Assembly: GCF_036321535.1 (NCBI RefSeq)
Contig: NC_087458.1
Span: forward strand, 4,278,001-4,342,000
Source: Camelus dromedarius
Taxonomy: Eukaryota
Length of the DNA: 64,000 nt
Direction of reading: 5' to 3'
The notes under the pieces are model-generated. The model was not told where the DNA came from. It saw only the letters and a list, made by a program, of their open reading frames with translations, and searched no databases. The number at the start of each line of letters is the position of its first letter. Position 1 is the first letter of the stretch. Below are positions 61,400-64,000 of the stretch, piece after piece. The position numbers and the translations under genes were made by a program.

Positions 61400-61871
61400 C
61401 CATCCCAGGTGGGCTGTGGCCGCAGACGAAGCGCGTGATGATTGCGAGAGGCTGTAGCACAGTTTCCCCTCAGCGATCCTCAAAGGTCCGCTCCACATCA
61501 AATCAGTCACACGCTCAAACTCGGGCTCCACATCTAGGGTCTTGTCCCTCTAAACGCCTCAGATCTGCCAAGATACAAGGCCTGGATCCAGCCGGGCGGC
61601 AAGCTCTTTGACAAAAGACTTCATTTCCCAAAATGCGCCGCGCGGGCGGGGTCGCAGGGCACCATAGGAAATGCAGTCCCCTCAACAGGCTGGAGGCGGG
61701 CTTTCGGAATCGCGCGGTGCATGCGTGGAAGCGCATCCCCGGAAGTAAGGAGGCCAACCGGAAAGAGACCGGAAGGAAAGGAGAGGTCCCGCTCTAGCTA
61801 CGGTGGCCTGCCTGAAAGGAGTGGTGAAGGCGACGCGGTAGAATTTGTCATTTCTGGGGCTCACAGACGTG
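61400..61871. promoter_or_regulatory. LYSMD1/SCNM1 bidirectional CpG promoter
   Basis: Head-to-head genes with ATGs 906 nt apart. Contains a ZNF143/SBS-like ACTTCATTTCCCAAAATGCG (61618-61637), a degenerate inverted copy (61655-61677) and a GABP/ETS site CCGGAAGT (61739-61746). Confidence 0.82.
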
Positions 61872-64000
61872 ATGTCTTTCAAGAGGGAAGGGGACGATTG
61901 GAGTCAACTTAATGTGCTCAAAGTAAGCGCGAGAGGAGAGCGTCTGGAGCAGCTTCAGCTGTCTTCTGAAGGCTGTGAAGGCGCTGTATTGTTGCTGTGG
62001 CAACAGCTGGGAGCTGGGCTCCCGGAGGGAGACAGGCGACTAGAGCTGGGTGGTGACCCCCTCTTCGCCCCAAATCTCTGCTCTTCCCATGTTTTTATTC
62101 CCTTTGAGCCCTCGTCCCTGTCATTTCCCTTCCATCCCTGTCTCCTATCCAGCTGATCCCGTTCCGGACTTCTTCCCCTATCCCCTGCAGAAAAGAAGAG
62201 TCGGGGATCTGCTGGCCAGTTATATCCCAGAGGATGAGGCGCTGATGCTACGGGATGGACGGTGAGGGCGAGGAGTGAATCAAGCTTGAGGGTTCTGCGG
62301 TTAGAGGCTTAATAAGCTTTTGCTATTAAGGAGGAGAGCGGGAGTACCTAGGATTTTTTGGCGGGGAGTGAGCGACAGGGATGTGGGTGGTGGAGATTGG
62401 GAGACTTGGGAGCTGGGCTTTGGAAAGGACTGCTAGGACGGGGTGGGGACCCACAAGGAGGCAGAGACTCCACTCCCCAGGGACCAGTTATCTTCTTCCC
62501 TTCTCTCCAGCTTTGCTTGTGCCATCTGTCCCCACCGACCTGTACTGGACACCCTGGCCATGCTGACTGCCCACCGTGGAGGCAAGAAACATCTGTCCAG
62601 TAAGTTTGGGGGAAGGCAGGGGATAGAGAATAAATCCTTAAAATTTCTTCAGACCACTTTTGGTGCTCTGCTTTTAATTCTCTTCCCCTTTTTCCTCAGG
62701 CCTGCAGCTTTTCTATGGCAAGCAGCAGCCAGGAAAGGGTATGGACCCGAATCCAAGACAGCAGAATGAACTGAGGGAAGAGGCCGAAGTGGAGGTGATC
62801 AAAGAGGGGAGGATGTGTTCCAGTCAGGGCTGTGTCAGCACACCGTAGGCGTGAAGGGCTTTAGCTTCTTTCTTCTTAAAAATTTATTAATTTTTTATTT
62901 TGTTTGCGAGGGAGGTAATTTATTTCATTTATTTGTTTTTAGTGGAGGTACTGGAGGTTGAACCCAGGACCTCGTGCATGCCAAGCATGCACCCACGCAC
63001 TTGAGCTATACCCTTCCCCGCTTTGGCTTCTTTCTAGCTCTGAAGGTTCTGACTCTTGTCTCCCATCTCCATGCCAGGCTCCTCTGTTAACCCAGACTCG
63101 ACTTATCACCCAGAGCGCTCTGCACAGAGCTCCTCACTATAACAGTTGCTGCCGCCGGAAGTACAGGTCTGTGGGTTGGGAAAACCAGAGGTAGGGAGGG
63201 ACAGGAGATAGATGGCTGTAAAATGATTGTTTTCTAAATTGTATTCTGAGGACTAGTCAACTGGTATTTCAGGAAAAGGAATTTCATCTTTTAAAGAAAA
63301 GTTTGGGAAATGGTGCTTTGTAATCCTATTTGAAGAATAGTAAATATTAGTGTATTTTAAGGGCTCTACAAAGTCTTAAGATAAAAAAAAAACCTGAAAA
63401 AGGTTAACTTAGCCTTTCCTAAGTTCATTTGATTCCAAAAGACTTTTTATGCAGAACACTTACTGATAGCTTGAGGAAGACAGATTAGGAAGCACTGCTT
63501 TAAGGGGTTGGGAGTCACAGGAGATTTGGTCCTTTCCTTTACTGCTTTTACAGACTTTGATTCTTCTCTATCCAGACCAGAAACCCCTCGTCCCTCTGTC
63601 TCTCATTCCCCTTTGCCACCCCCAGAGGTTGAACCCCAAAGTGGGAAGATAGATAGGGACCCTGAGCCTGGGGCTGGCCCACAGGCCAAGGAGTCAGCAA
63701 CTGTCTCATCCGCTGCACCCATGAGCCCCACAAGAAGACGGGCCCTGGATCATTACCTAACCCTTCGAAGGTGAGTATGCAGACTCACTTTCCTCAAATT
63801 TTCCCTTTTCTCTCTGACCCTCCTTTTTTCCAAAACCTTCTCAATTGTTTTTTCTTATCCCCACTTAACTTCTTAATAAATTTCCTTTCCTGATCAATTC
63901 TGTTTTCTCTGATGTTTCCAGCTCTGGATGGATCCCAGATGGACAAGGTCGATGGGTAAAAGATGAGAATGTTGAGTTTGACTCTGATGAGGAAGAACCC
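61872..64000 (+). CDS. SCNM1: Sodium channel modifier 1 (matrin-type zinc finger, minor-spliceosome factor); 3' end truncated by the window
   Basis: Coding exons 61872-61922, 62191-62261, 62511-62599, 62700-62794, 63078-63166, 63576-63770 and 63922->64000, all in phase. Protein runs MSFKREGDDWSQLNVLKKRRVGDLLASYIPEDEALMLRDGRFACAICPHRPVLDTLAMLTAHRGGKKHLS...WVKDENVEFDSDEEEP. Confidence 0.96.
62885..63019 (-). mobile_element. tRNA-Ala-derived camelid-type SINE in SCNM1 intron 4
   Basis: ggaggtactggaggttgaacccaggacctcgtgcatgccaagcatgcacccacgcacttgagctatacccttcccc with a T-rich tail on +. Confidence 0.87.

Noticed and set aside
1-64000. CRISPR arrays, rRNA, snoRNA or miRNA genes, prophage-like or horizontally acquired DNA
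   Set aside because: None recognisable. The window is consistent throughout with ordinary mammalian euchromatin.

Overview
Mammalian genomic DNA, most likely a camelid: six tRNA-Ala(AGC)-derived SINEs match the camelid vic-1 type as I recall it, and I recognise no Alu, Bov-A or PRE-1 elements. The gene order matches human 1q21.3: MLLT11 (+, single coding exon), GABPB2 (+, 8 coding exons, 448 aa), SEMA6C (-, 17 coding exons plus a 96-nt cassette exon; the first two coding exons lie mostly in N-gaps), TNFAIP8L2 (+, 184 aa), LYSMD1 (-, 3 exons, 226 aa) and SCNM1 (+, 7 exons, cut by the window end). I rebuilt each exon chain by hand from GT-AG sites and phase continuity. The remainder is MIR, L2, L1, Charlie and LTR fossils plus five N-gaps. 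I found no convincing new protein-coding gene or wholly new system. The best leads are regulatory: miR-29 seed sites in four neighbouring 3'UTRs, an NMD-immune zipper-less GABPB2 intron-retention isoform, face-to-face polyA signals for TNFAIP8L2/LYSMD1, an orphan CpG promoter antisense to the SEMA6C 3' end, a MEF2/E-box module in SEMA6C, and two neighbouring SINEs with identical tails but divergent bodies. Gene and repeat names come from recalled sequences, not from database searches.
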